From Squalus acanthias (lineage: Eukaryota): a stretch of 64,000 nucleotides of DNA. The DNA lies in the NCBI GenBank assembly GCA_030390025.1, contig JASTWF010000088.1:1178001-1242000 (forward strand), read 5' to 3'. Shown one piece after another: positions 1-12,000 of the stretch (its first letter is position 1; every line of letters starts with the position of its first letter). Made by a program: the position numbers and the translations under genes. The notes beneath the pieces were generated by a model. That model worked only from the letters and a program-made list of their open reading frames with translations, was not told where the DNA came from and did not search any database.

Positions 1-3000
1 CCAGGGGCTCTGTGTTGTGTTGGGGTTGATTTCCAGGGGCTCTGTGTTGTGTTGGGGTTGATTTCCAGGGGCTCTGTGTTGTGTTGTGTTGGGGTTGATT
101 TCCAGGGGCTCTGTGTTGTGTTGGGTTGATTTCCAGGGGCTCTGTGTTGTGTTGTGTTGGGTTGATTTCCAGGGGCTCTGTGTTGTGTTGGGGTGATTTC
201 CAGGGGCTCTGTGTTGTGTTGTGTTGGGGTTGATTTCCAGGGGCTCTGTGTTGTGTTGGGGTTGATTTCCAGGGGCTCTGTGTTGTGTTGGGGTTGATTT
301 CCAGGGGCTCTGTGTGTGTTGTGTTGGGGTTGATTTCCAGGGGCTCTGTGTTGTGTTGGGGGGTTGATTTCCAGGGGCTCTGTGTTGTGTTGGGGTTGAT
401 TTCCAGGGGCTCTGTGTTGTGTTGTGTTGGGGTTGATTTCCAGGGGCTCTGTGTTGTGTTGGGATTATTTCCAGGGGCTCTGTGTTGTGTTGTGTTGGGG
501 TTGATTTCCAGGGGCTCTGTGTTGTGTTGTGTTGGGGTTGATTTCCAGGGCTCTGTGTTGTGTTGTGTTGGGGTTGATTTCCAGGGGCTCTGTGTTGTGT
601 TGGGGTTGATTTCCAGGGGCTCTGTGTTGTGTTGTGTTGGGGTTGATTTCCAGGGGCTCTGTGTTGTGTTGTGTTGGGGTTGATTTCCAGGGGCTCTGTG
701 TTGTGTTGTGTTGGGGTTGATTTCCAGGGGCTCTGTGTTGTGTTGGGGTTGATTTCCAGGGGCTCTGTGTTGTGTTGGGGTTGATTTCCAGGGGCTCTGT
801 GTGTGTGGGGTTGATTTCCAGGGGCTCTGTGTTGGTGTTGGGGTTGATTTCCAGGGGCTCTGTGTTGTGTTGGGGTTGATTTCCAGGGGCTCTGTGTTGT
901 GTTGTGTTGGGTTGATTTCCAGGGGCTCTGTGTTGTGTTGGGGGTTGATTTCCAGGGGCTCTGTGTTGTGTTGGGGTTGATTTCCAGGGGCTCTGTGTTG
1001 TGTTGGGGTTGATTTCCAGGGGCTCTGTGTTGTGTTGTGTTGGGGTTGATTTCCAGGGGCTCTGTGTGTTGTGTTGGGGTTGATTTCCAGGGGCTCTGTG
1101 TTGTGTTGGGTTGATTTCCAGGGGCTCTGTGTTGTGTTGTGTTGGGTTGATTTCCAGGGGCTCTGTGTTGTGTTGGGGGTTGATTTCCAGGGGCTCTGTG
1201 TTGTGTTGGGGTTGATTTCCAGGGGCTCTGTGTTGTGTTGTGTTGGGTTGATTTCCAGGGGCTCTGTGTTGTGTTGTGTTGGGGTTGATTTCCAGGGGCT
1301 CTGTGTTGTGTTGGGGTTGATTTCCAGGGGCTCTGTGTTGTGTGTGTTGGGGTTGATTTCCAGGGGCTCTGTGTTGTGTTGTGTTGGGGTTGATTTCCAG
1401 GGGCTCTGTTGTTGTGTTGGGGTTGATTTCCAGGGGCTCTGTGTTGTGTTGGGGTTGATTTCCAGGGGCTCTGTGTTGTGTTGTGTTGGGGTTGATTTCC
1501 AGGGGCTCTGTGTTGTGTTGTGTTGGGTTTGATTTCCAGGGGCTCTGTGTTGTGTGTGTTGGGGTTGATTTCCAGGGGCTCTGTGTTGTGTTGGGGTTGA
1601 TTTCCAGGGGCTCTGTGTTGTGTTGTGTTGGGGTTTGATTTCCAGGGGCTCTGTGTTGTGTTTCAGGGCTCGTGTGTGTTGGGTTGATTTCCAGGGGCTC
1701 TGTGTTGTGTTGGGGTTGATTTCCAGGGGCTCTGTGTTGTGTTGTGGGGTTGATTTCCAGGGGCTCTGTGTGTGTTGTGTTGGGGTTGATTTCCAGGGGC
1801 TCTGTGTTGTGTTGGGGTTGATTTCCAGGGGCTCTGTGTTGTGTTGTGTTGGGGTTGATTTCCAGGGGCTCTGTGTTGTGTTGTGTTGGGGTTGATTTCC
1901 AGGGGCTCTGTGTTGTGTTGTTGGGGTTGATTTCCAGGGGCTCTGTGTTGTGTTGGGGTTGATTTCCAGGGGCTCTGTGTTGTGTTGTGTTGGGGTTGAT
2001 TTCCAGGGGCTCTGTGTTGTGTTGGGGTTGATTTCCAGGGGCTCTGTGTTGTTGTGTTGGGGGTTGATTTCCAGGGGCTCTGTGTTGTGTTGTGTTGGGG
2101 TTGATTTCCAGGGGCTCTGTGTTGTGTGTTGGGGTTGATTTCCAGGGGCTCTGTGTTGTGTTGGGTTGATTTCCAGGGGCTCTGTGTTGTGTTGGGGTTG
2201 ATTTCCAGGGGCTCTGTGTTGTGTTGTGTTGGGGTTGATTTCCAGGGGCTCTGTGTTGTGTTGTGTGGGTTGATTTCCAGGGGCTCTGTGTTGTGTTGTG
2301 TTGGGTTGATTTCCAGGGGCTCTGTGTTGTGTTTGGGGTTGATTTCCAGGGGCTCTGTGTTGTGTTGGGGTTGATTTCCAGGGCTCTGTGTTGTGTTGGG
2401 TTGATTTCCAGGGGCTCTGTGTTGTGTTGTGTGGGGTTGATTTCCAGGGGCTCTGTGTTGTGTTGGGGTTGATTTCCAGGGGCTCTGTGTTGTGTTGGAG
2501 GTTGATTTCCAGGGGCTCTGTGTTGTGTGGGGTTGATTTCCAGGGGCTCTGGTGTGTTGTGTTGGGGTTGATTTCCAGGGGCTCTGTGTTGTGTTGGGGT
2601 TGATTTCAGGGGCTCTGTGTTGTGTTGTGTTGGGGTTGATTTCCAGGGGCTCTGTGTTGTGTTTGTTGGGTTGATTTCCAGGGGCTCTGTGTGTTGTGTT
2701 GGGGTTGATTTCCAGGGGCTCTGTGTTGTGTTGCAGTTGATTTCCAGGGGCTCTGTGTTGTGTTGTGTTGGGTTGATTTCCAGGGCCTCTGTGTTGTGTT
2801 GGGGTTGATTTCCAGGGCTCTGTGTTGTGTTGGAGTTGATTTCCAGGGGCTCTGTGTTGTGTTGTGTTGGGGTTGATTTCCAGGGGCTCTGTGTTGTGTT
2901 GGGGTTGATTTCCAGGGGCTCTGTGTTGTGTTGTGTTGGGGTTGATTTCCAGGGGCTCTGTGTTGTGTTGGGGTTGATTTCCAGGGGCTCTGTGTGTTGT

Positions 3001-6000
3001 GTTGGGGTTGATTTCCAGGGGCTCTGTGTTGTGTTGGGGTTATTTCCAGGGGCTCTGTGTTGTGTTGTGTTGGGGTTGATTTCCAGGGGCTCTGTGTTGT
3101 GTTGGGGTTAATTTCCAGGGGCTCTGTGTTGTGTTGTGTTGGGGGTGATTTCCAGGGGCTCTGTGTTGTGTTGTGTTGGGGTTGATTTCCAGGGGCTCTG
3201 TGTTGTGTTGGGGTTGATTTCCAAGGGCTCTGTGTTGTGTTGGGGTTGATTTCCAGGGCTCTGTGTTGTGTTGGGGTTGATTTCCAGGGGCTCTGTGTTG
3301 TGTTGCGGTTGATTTCCAGGGGCTCTGTGTTGTGTTGTGTTGGGGTTGATTTCCAGGGGCTCTGTGTTGTGTTGGGGTTGATTTCCAGGGGCTCTGTGTT
3401 GTGTGTGTTGGGGTTGATTTCCAGGGGCTCTGTGTTGTGTTGGGGTTGATTTCCAGGGGCTCTGTGTTGTGTTGGGGTTGATTTCCAGGGGCTCTGTGTT
3501 GTGTTGTGTTGGGGTTGATTTCCAGGGGCTTTGTGTTGTGTTGGGGTTATTTCCAGGGGCTCTGTGTTGTGTTGTGTTGGGGTTGATTTCCAGGGGCTCT
3601 GTTGTGTTGTGTTGGGGTTGATTTCCAGGGGCTCTGTGTTGTGTGTTGGGGTTGATTTCAGGGGCTCTGTGTTGTGTTGGGGTTGATTTCCAGGGGCTCT
3701 GTGTTGTGTTGTGTTGGGTTGATTTCCAGGGGCTCTGTGTTGTGTTGTGTTGGGGTTGATTTCCAGGGCTCTGTGTTGTGTTGTGTTGGGGTTGATTTCC
3801 AGGGGCTCTGTGTTGTGTTGGGGTTGATTTCCAGGGGCTCTGTGTTGTGTTGTGGGTTGATTTCCAGGGGCTCTGTGTTGTGTTGGGGTTGATTTCCAGG
3901 GGCTCTGTGTTGTGTTTGGGGTTGATTTCCAGGGGCTCTGTGTTTTGTGTTGGGGTTGATTTCCAGGGGCTCTGTGTTGTGTTGTGTTGGTGTTGATTTC
4001 CAGGGGCTCTGTGTTGTGTTGGGGTTGATTTCCAGGGGCTCTGTGTTGTGTTGGGGTTGATTTCCAGGGGCTCTGTGTTGTGTTGGGGTTGATTTCCAGG
4101 GGCTCTGTGTTTGTGTGTGGGGTTGATTTCCAGGGGCTCTGTGTTGTGTTGGGGTTGATTTCCAGGGGCTCTGTGTTGTGTTGTGTTGGGGTTGATTTCC
4201 AGGGGCTCTGTGTTGTGTTGGGGTTGATTTCCAGGGGCTCTGTGTTGTGTTGTGTTGGGGTTGATTTCCAGGGCTCTGTGTTGTGTTGGGGTTGATTTCC
4301 AGGGGCTCTGTGTTGTGTTGTGTTGGGGTTGATTTCCAGGGGCTCTGTGTTGTGTTGTGTTGGGGTTGATTTCCAGGGGCTCTGTGTTGTGTTGGGGTTG
4401 ATTTCCAGGGGCTCTGTGTTGTGTTGTGTTGGGTTGATTTCCAGGGGCTCTGTGTTGTGTTGTGTTGGGGTTGATTTCCAGGGGCTCTGTGTTGTGTTGT
4501 GTTGGGGTTGATTTCCAGGGGCTCTGTGTTGTGTTGGGGTTGATTTCCAGGGGCTCTGTGTTGTGTTGTGTTGGGGTTGATTTCCAGGGGCTCTGTGTTG
4601 TGTTGTGTTGGGTTTATTTCCAGGGGCTCTGTGTTGTGTTGGGGTTGATTTCCAGGGGCTCTGTGTTGTGTTGGGGTTGATTTCCAGGGGCTCTGTGTTG
4701 TGTTGTGTTGGGGTTGATTTCCAGGGGCTCTGTGTTGTGTTGGGGTTGATTTCCAGGGGCTCTGTGTTGTGTTGGGGTTGATTTCCAGGGGCTCTGTGTT
4801 GTGTTGTGTTGGGGTTGATTTCCAGGGGCTCTGTGTTGTGTTGGGGTTGATTTCCAGGGGCTCTGTGTTGTGTTGTGTGGGGTTGATTTCCAGGGGCTCT
4901 GTGTTGTGTTGGGGGTTGATTTCCAGGGGCTCTGTGTGTTGTGTTGGGGTTGATTTCCAGGGGCTCTGTGTTGTGTTGGGGTTGATTTCCAGGGGCTCTG
5001 TGTTGTGTTGTGTTGGGGTTGATTTCCAGGGGCTCTGTGTTGTGTTGGTGGTTGATTTCCAGGGGCTCTGTGTTGTGTTGTGTTGGGGTTGATTTCCAGG
5101 GGCTCTGTGTTGTGTTGGGGTTGATTTCCAGGGGCTCTGTGTTGTGTTGTGTTGGGTTGATTTCCAGGGGCTCTGTGTTGTGTTGTGTTGGGGTTGATTT
5201 CCAGGGGCTCTGTGTTGTGTTGGGGTTGATTTCCAGGGGCTCTGTGTTGTGTTGTGTTGGGGTTGATTTCCAGGGGCTCTGTGTTGTGTTGGGGTGATTT
5301 CCAGGGGCTCTGTGTTGTGTTGTGTTGGGGTTGATTTCCAGGGGCTCTGTGTTGTGTTGGGGTTGATTTCCAGGGGCTCTGTGTTGTGTTGTGTTGGGGT
5401 TGATTTCCAGGGGCTCTGTGTTGTGTTGGGGTTGATTTCCAGGGGCTCTGTGTTGTGTTGGGGTTGATTTCCAGGGCTCTGTGTTGTGTTGGGGGTTGAT
5501 TTCCAGGGGCTCTGTGTTGTGTTGGGGTTGATTTCCAGGGGCTCTGTGTTTGTGTTGGGGTTGATTTCCAGGGGCTCTGTGTTGTGTTGGGTTGATTTCC
5601 AGGGGCTCTGTGTTGTGTTGTGTTGGGGTTGATTTCCAGGGGCTCTGTGTTGTGTTGTGTTGGGGTTGATTTCCAGGGGCTCTGTGTTGTGTTGGGGTTG
5701 ATTTCCAGGGGCTCTGTGTTGTGTTGTGTTGGGTTGATTTCCAGGGGCTCTGTGTTGTGTTGTGTTGGGGTTGATTTCCAGGGGCTCTGTGTTGTGTTGG
5801 GTTGATTTCCAGGGGCTCTGTGTTGTGTGTTGGGGTTGATTTCCAGGGGCTCTGTGTTGTGTTGTGTTGGGGTTGATTTCCAGGGGCTCTGTGTTGTGTT
5901 GGGGTTGATTTCCAGGGGCTCTGTGTTGTGTTGGGTTGATTTCCAGGGGCTCTGTGTTGTGTTGTGTTGGGGTTGATTTCCAGGGGCTCTGTGTTGTGTT

Positions 6001-9000
6001 GTTGGGGTTGATTTCCAGGGGCTCTGTGTTGTGTTGTGGGGTTGATTTCCAGGGGCTCTGTGTTGTGTTGGGGTTGATTTCCAGGGGCTCTGTGTTGTGT
6101 TGGGGTTGATTTCCAGGGGCTCTGTGTTGTGTTGGGGTTGATTTCCAGGGGCTCTGTGTTGTGTTGTGTTGGGGTTGATTTCCAGGGGCTCTGTGTTGTG
6201 TTGGGGTTGATTTCCAGGGGCTCTGTGTTGTGTTGTGTTGGGGTTGATTTCCAGGGGCTCTGTGTTGTGTTGGGGTTGATTTCCAGGGGCTCTGTGTTGT
6301 GTTGGGGTTGATTTCCAGGGGCTCTGTGTTGTGTTGGGGTTGATTTCCAGGGGCTCTGTGTTGTGTTGTGTTGGGGTTGATTTCCAGGGGCTCTGTGTTG
6401 TGTTGGGGTTGATTTCCAGGGGCTCTGTGTTGTGTTGTGTTGGGGTTGATTTCCAGGGGCTCTGTGTTGTGTTGGGGTTGATTTCCAGGGGCTCTGTGTT
6501 GTGTTGGGGTTGATTTCCAGGGGCTCTGTGTTGTGTTGTGTTGGGGTTGATTTCCAGGGGCTCTGTGTTGTGTTGGGGTTGATTTCCAGGGGCTCTGTGT
6601 TGTGTTGTGTTGGGGTTGATTTCCAGGGGCTCTGTGTTGTGTTGGGGTTGATTTCAGGGGCTCTGTGTTGTGTTGTGTTGGGGTTGATTTCCAGGGGCTC
6701 TGTGTTGTGTGTGTTGGGGTTGATTTCCAGGGGCTCTGTGTTGTGTTGGGGTGATTTCCAGGGGCTCTGTGTTGTGTTGTGTTGGGGTTTGATTTCCAGG
6801 GGCTCTGTGTTGTGTTGAGGTTGATTTCCAGGGGCTCTGTGTTGTGTTGGGGTTGATTTCCAGGGGCTCTGTGTTGTGTTTGTGTTGTGTCTGTGTGGGG
6901 GTTATTTCCAGGGGCTCTGTGTTGTGTTGTGTTGGGGTTGATTTCCAGGGGCCTCTGTGTTGTGTTGGGGTTGATTTCCAGGGCTCTGTGTTGTGTTGGA
7001 GGTTGATTTCCAGGGGCTCTTGTGTTGTGTTGGGGTTGATTTCCAGGGGCTCTGTGTTGTGTTTGTTGGGGTTGATTCCAGGGGGCTCTGTGTTGTGTGT
7101 GTTGGGTTGAATTTCCAGGGCTCTGTGTTGTGTTGGGGTTTATTCCAGGGGCTCTGTGTTGTTGTTGTGTTGTTGGGGTTGATTCCAGGGGCTCTGTGTG
7201 TTGTGTTGTGTTGGGGTTGATTTCCAGGGGCTCTGTGTTGTGTTGTGTTGTGTTGGGTTGATTTCCAGGGCTCTGTGTGTGTGTGTTGGGGTTGATTTCC
7301 AGGGGCTCTGTGTTGTGTTGTGGGGTTGATTTCCAGGGGCTCTGTGTTGTGTTGTGTTGGGGTTGATTTCCAGGGGCTCTGTGTTGTGTTGTGTTGATTT
7401 CCAGGGGCTCTGTGTTGTGTGTTGTGTTGGGGTTTATTTCCAGGGGCTCTGTGTTGTGTTGTGTTGGGGTTGATTTCCAGGGGCTCTGTGTTGTGTTGTG
7501 TTTGGGGTTGATTTCCAGGGGCTCTGTGTTGTGTTGGGGTTGATTTCCAGGGTCTCTGTGTTGTGTTGGGGTTGATTTCCAGGGGCTCTGTGTTGTGTTG
7601 GGGTTGATTTCCAGGGCTCTGTGTTGTGTTGTGTTGGGGTTGATTTCCAGGGGCTCTCTGTGTTGTGTTGGGGTTGATTTCCAGGGGCTCTGTGTTGTGT
7701 TGTGTTGGGGTTGATTTCCAGGGGCTCTGTGTTGTGTTGTGGTTGATTTCCAGGGGCTCTGTGTTGTGTTGTGTTGGGGTTGATTTCCAGGGGCTCTGTG
7801 TGTGTTGTGTTGGGGTTGATTTCCAGGGGCTCTGTGTTGTGTTGTGTTGGGGTTGATTTCCAGGGGCTCTGTGTTGTGTTGGGGTTGATTTCCAGGGGCT
7901 CTGTTGTGTTGTGTTGGGGTTGATTTCCAGGGGCTCTGTGTTGTGTCTGTGGGTTGATTTCCAGGGCTCTGTGTTGTGTTGGGGTTGATTTCCAGGGGCT
8001 CTGTGTTGTGTTGGGGTTGATTTCCAGGGGCTCTGTGTTGTGTTGTGTTGGGGTTGATTTCCAGGGGCTCTGTGTTGTGTTGGGGTTGATTTCCAGGGGC
8101 TCTGTGTTGTGTTGGGGTTGATTTCCAGGGGCTCTGTGTTGTGTTGTGTTGGGTTGATTTCCAGGGGCTCTGTGTTGTGTTGTGTTGGGTTGATTTCCAG
8201 GGGCTCTGTGTTGTGTTGGGGTTGATTTCCAGGGGCTCTGTGTTGTGTTGGGGTTGATTTCCAGGGGCTCTGTGTTGTGTTGGGGTTGATTTCCAGGGGC
8301 TCTGTGTTGTGTTGTGTGGGGTTGATTTCCAGGGGCTCTGTGTTGTGTTGTGTGGGGTTGATTTCCAGGGGCTCTGTGTTGTGTTGGGGTTGATTTCCAG
8401 GGGCTCTGTGTTGTGTTGTGTGGGGTTGATTTCCAGGGGCTCTGTGTTGTTGTGTTGGGGTTGATTTCCAGGGGCTCTGTGTTGTGTTGTGTTGGGGTTG
8501 ATTTCCAGGGGCTCTGTGTTGTGTTGGGGTTGATTTCCAGGGGCTCTGTGTTGTGTTTGGGTTGATTTCCAGGGGCTCTGTGTTGTGTTGGGGTTGATTT
8601 CCAGGGGCTCTGTGTTGTGTTGTGTTGGGGTTGATTTCCAGGGGCTCTGTGTTGTGTTTGTGTTGGGTTGATTTCCAGGGGCTCTGTGTTGTGTTGGGGT
8701 TGATTTCCAGGGGCTCTGTGTTGTGTTGGTGGTTGATTTCCAGGGGCTCTGTGTTGTGTTGGGGTTGATTTCCAGGGGCTCTGTGTTGTGTTGTGTTGGG
8801 GTTGATTTCCAGGGGCTCTGTGTTGTGTTGGGGTTGATTTCCAGGGGCTCTGTGTTGTGTTGTGTTGGGGTTGATTTCCAGGGGCTCTGTGTTGTGTTGG
8901 GGTTGATTTCCAGGGGCTCTGTGTTGTGTTGTGTTGGGGTTGATTTCCAGGGGCTCTGTGTGTGTTGTGTTGGGGTTGATTTCCAGGGGCTCTGTGTTGT

Positions 9001-12000
9001 GTTGTGGTTGATTTCCAGGGCTCTGTGTTGTGTGTTGGGGTTGATTTCCAGGGGCTCTGTGTTGTGTTGGGGTTGATTTCCAGGGGCTCTGTGTTGTGTT
9101 GGGGTTGATTTCCAGGGGCTCTGTGTTGTGTTGTGTTGGGGTTGATTTCCAGGGGCTCTGTGTTGTGTTGGGGTTGATTTCCAGGGGCTCTGTGTTGTGT
9201 TGTGTTGGGGTTGATTTCCAGGGGCTCTGTGTTGTGTGTGTGGGGTTGATTTCCAGGGGCTCTGTTTGTGTTGGGTTGATTTCCAGGGGCTCTGTGTTGT
9301 GTTGTGTTGGGGTTGATTTCCAGGGGCTCTGTGTTGTGTTGGGGTTGATTTCCAGGGGCTCTGTGTTGTGTTGTGTGGGGTTGATTTCCAGGGGCTCTGT
9401 GTTGTGTTGGGGTTGATTTCCAGGGGCTCTGTGTTGTGTTGTGTTGGGGTTGATTTCCAGGGGCTCTGTGTTGTGTTGTGTTGGGGTTGATTTCCAGGGG
9501 CTCTGTGTTGTGTTGTGTGGGGTTGATTTCCAGGGCTCTGTGTTGTGTTGGGGTTGATTTCCAGGGGCTCTGTGTTGTTGTGTTGGGGTTGATTTCCAGG
9601 GGCTCTGTGTTGTGTTGGGGTTGATTTCCAGGGGCTCTGTGTTGTGTTGGGGTTGATTTCCAGGGGCTCTGTGTTGTGTTGTGTGGTTGATTTCCAGGGG
9701 CTCTGTGTTGTGTGTGTTGATTTCCAGGGGCTCTGTGTTGTGTGGGTTGATTTCCAGGGGCTCTGTGTTGTGTTGTGTTGGGGTTGATTTCCAGGGGCTC
9801 TGTGTTGTGTTGTGTTGGGGTTGATTTCCAGGGGCTCTGTGTTGTGTTGGGGTTGATTTCCAGGGGCTCTGTGTTGTGTTGGGGTTGATTTCCAGGGGCT
9901 CTGTGTTGTGTTGGGGTTGATTTCCAGGGGCTCTGTGTTGTGTTGTGTTGGGGTTGATTTCCAGGGGCTCTGTGTTGTGTTGTGTTGGGTTGATTTCCAG
10001 GGGCTCTGTGTTGTGTTGGGGTTGATTTCCAGGGGCTCTGTGTTGTGTTGTGTTGGGGTTGATTTCCAGGGGCTCTGTGTTGTGTTGTGTGGGTTGATTT
10101 CCAGGGGCTCTGTGTTGTGTTGTGTTGGGGTTGATTTCCAGGGGCTCTGTGTTGTGTTGGGGTTGATTTCCAGGGGCTCTGTGTGTGTTGTGTTGGGGTT
10201 ATTTCCAGGGGCTCTGTGTGTTGTGTTGGGGTTGATTTCCAGGGGCTCTGTGTTGTGTTGGGGGTTGATTTCCAGGGGCTCTGTGTTGTGTTGGGGTTGA
10301 TTTCCAGGGGCTCTGTGTTGTGTTGTGTTGGGGTTGATTTCCAGGGGCTCTGTGTTGTGTTGTGTTGGGGTTGATTTCCAGGGGCTCTGTGTTGTGTTGT
10401 GGGTTGATTTCCAGGGGCTCTGTGTTGTGTTGGGGTTGATTTCCAGGGGCTCTGTGTTGTGTTGGGGTTGATTTCCAGGGGCTCTGTGTTGTGTTGTGTT
10501 GGGGTTGATTTCCAGGGGCTCTGTGTTGTGTTGGGTTGATTTCCAGGGGCTCTGTGTTGTGTTGGGGTTGATTTCCAGGGGCTCTGTGTTGTGTGTGTTG
10601 GGGTTGATTTCCAGGGGCTCTGTGTTGTGTTGGGTTGATTTCCAGGGGCTCTGTGTTGTGTTGGGGTTGATTTCCAGGGGCTCTGTGTTGTGTTGTGTTG
10701 GGGTTGATTTCCAGGGGCTCTGTGTTGTGTTGGGGTTGATTTCCAGGGGCTCTGTGTTGTGTTGTGTTGGGGTTGATTTCCAGGGGCTCTGTGTTGTGTT
10801 GTGTGGGGTTGATTTCCAGGGGCTCTGTGTTGTGTTGGGTTGATTTCCAGGGGCTCTGTGTTGTGTTGTGTGGGTTGATTTCCAGGGGCTCTGTGTTGTG
10901 TTGTGTGGGGTTGATTTCCAGGGGCTCTGTGTTGTGTTGTGTTGGGTTGATTTCCAGGGGCTCTGTGTTGTGTTGGGGTTGATTTCCAGGGGCTCTGTGT
11001 TGTGTTGTGTTGGGGTTGATTTCCAGGGGCTCTGTGTTGTGTTGGGGTTGATTTCCAGGGCTCTGTGTGTTGTGTTGGGGTTGATTTCCAGGGGCTCTGT
11101 GTTGTGTTGGGGTTGATTTCCAGGGGCTCTGTGTTGTGTTGTGTTGGGGGTTGATTTCCAGGGGCTCTGTGTTGTGTTGTGTTGGGGTTGATTTCCAGGG
11201 GCTCTGTGTTGTGTTGGGGTTGATTTCCAGGGGCTCTGTGTTGTGTTGTGTTGGGGTTGATTTCCAGGGGCTCTGTGTTGTGTTGGGGTTTATTTCCATG
11301 GGGCTCTGTGTTGTGTTGGGGTTGATTTCCAGGGGCTCTGTGTTGTGTGTGGGGGTTGATTTCCAGGGGCTCTGTGTTGTGTTGTGTGGGGTTGATTTCC
11401 AGGGGCTCTGTGTTGTGTTGAGGTTGATTTCCAGGGGCTCTGTGTTGTGTTGGGGTTGATTTCCAGGGGCTCTGTGTTGTGTTGGGGTTGATTTCCAGGG
11501 GCTCTGTGTTGTGTTGTGTTGGGGTTGATTTCCAGGGGCTCTGTGTTGTGTTGGGGTTGATTTCCAGGGGCTCTGTGTTGTGTGTTGGGGTTGATTTCCA
11601 GGGGCTCTGTGTTGTGTTGTGTTGGGGTTGATTTCCAGGGGCTCTGTGTTGTGTTGGGTTGATTTCCAGGGGCTCTGTGTTGTGTTGGGGTTGATTTCCA
11701 GGGGCTCTGTGTTGTGTTGTGTTGGGGTTGATTTCCAGGGGCTCTGTGTTGTGTTGGGGTTGATTTCCAGGGGCTCTGTGTTGTGTTGGGGTTGATTTCC
11801 AGGGGCTCTGTGTGTGTGTGTTGGGTTGATTTCCAGGGGCTCTGTGTTGTGTTGGTGGGTTGATTTCCAGGGGCTCTGTGTTGTGTTGTGTTGGGTTGAT
11901 TTCCAGGGGCTCTGTGTTGTGTTGGGGTTGATTTCCAGGGGCTCTGTGTTGTGTTGGGTTGATTTCCAGGGGCTCTGTGTTGTGTTGTGTTGGGTTGATT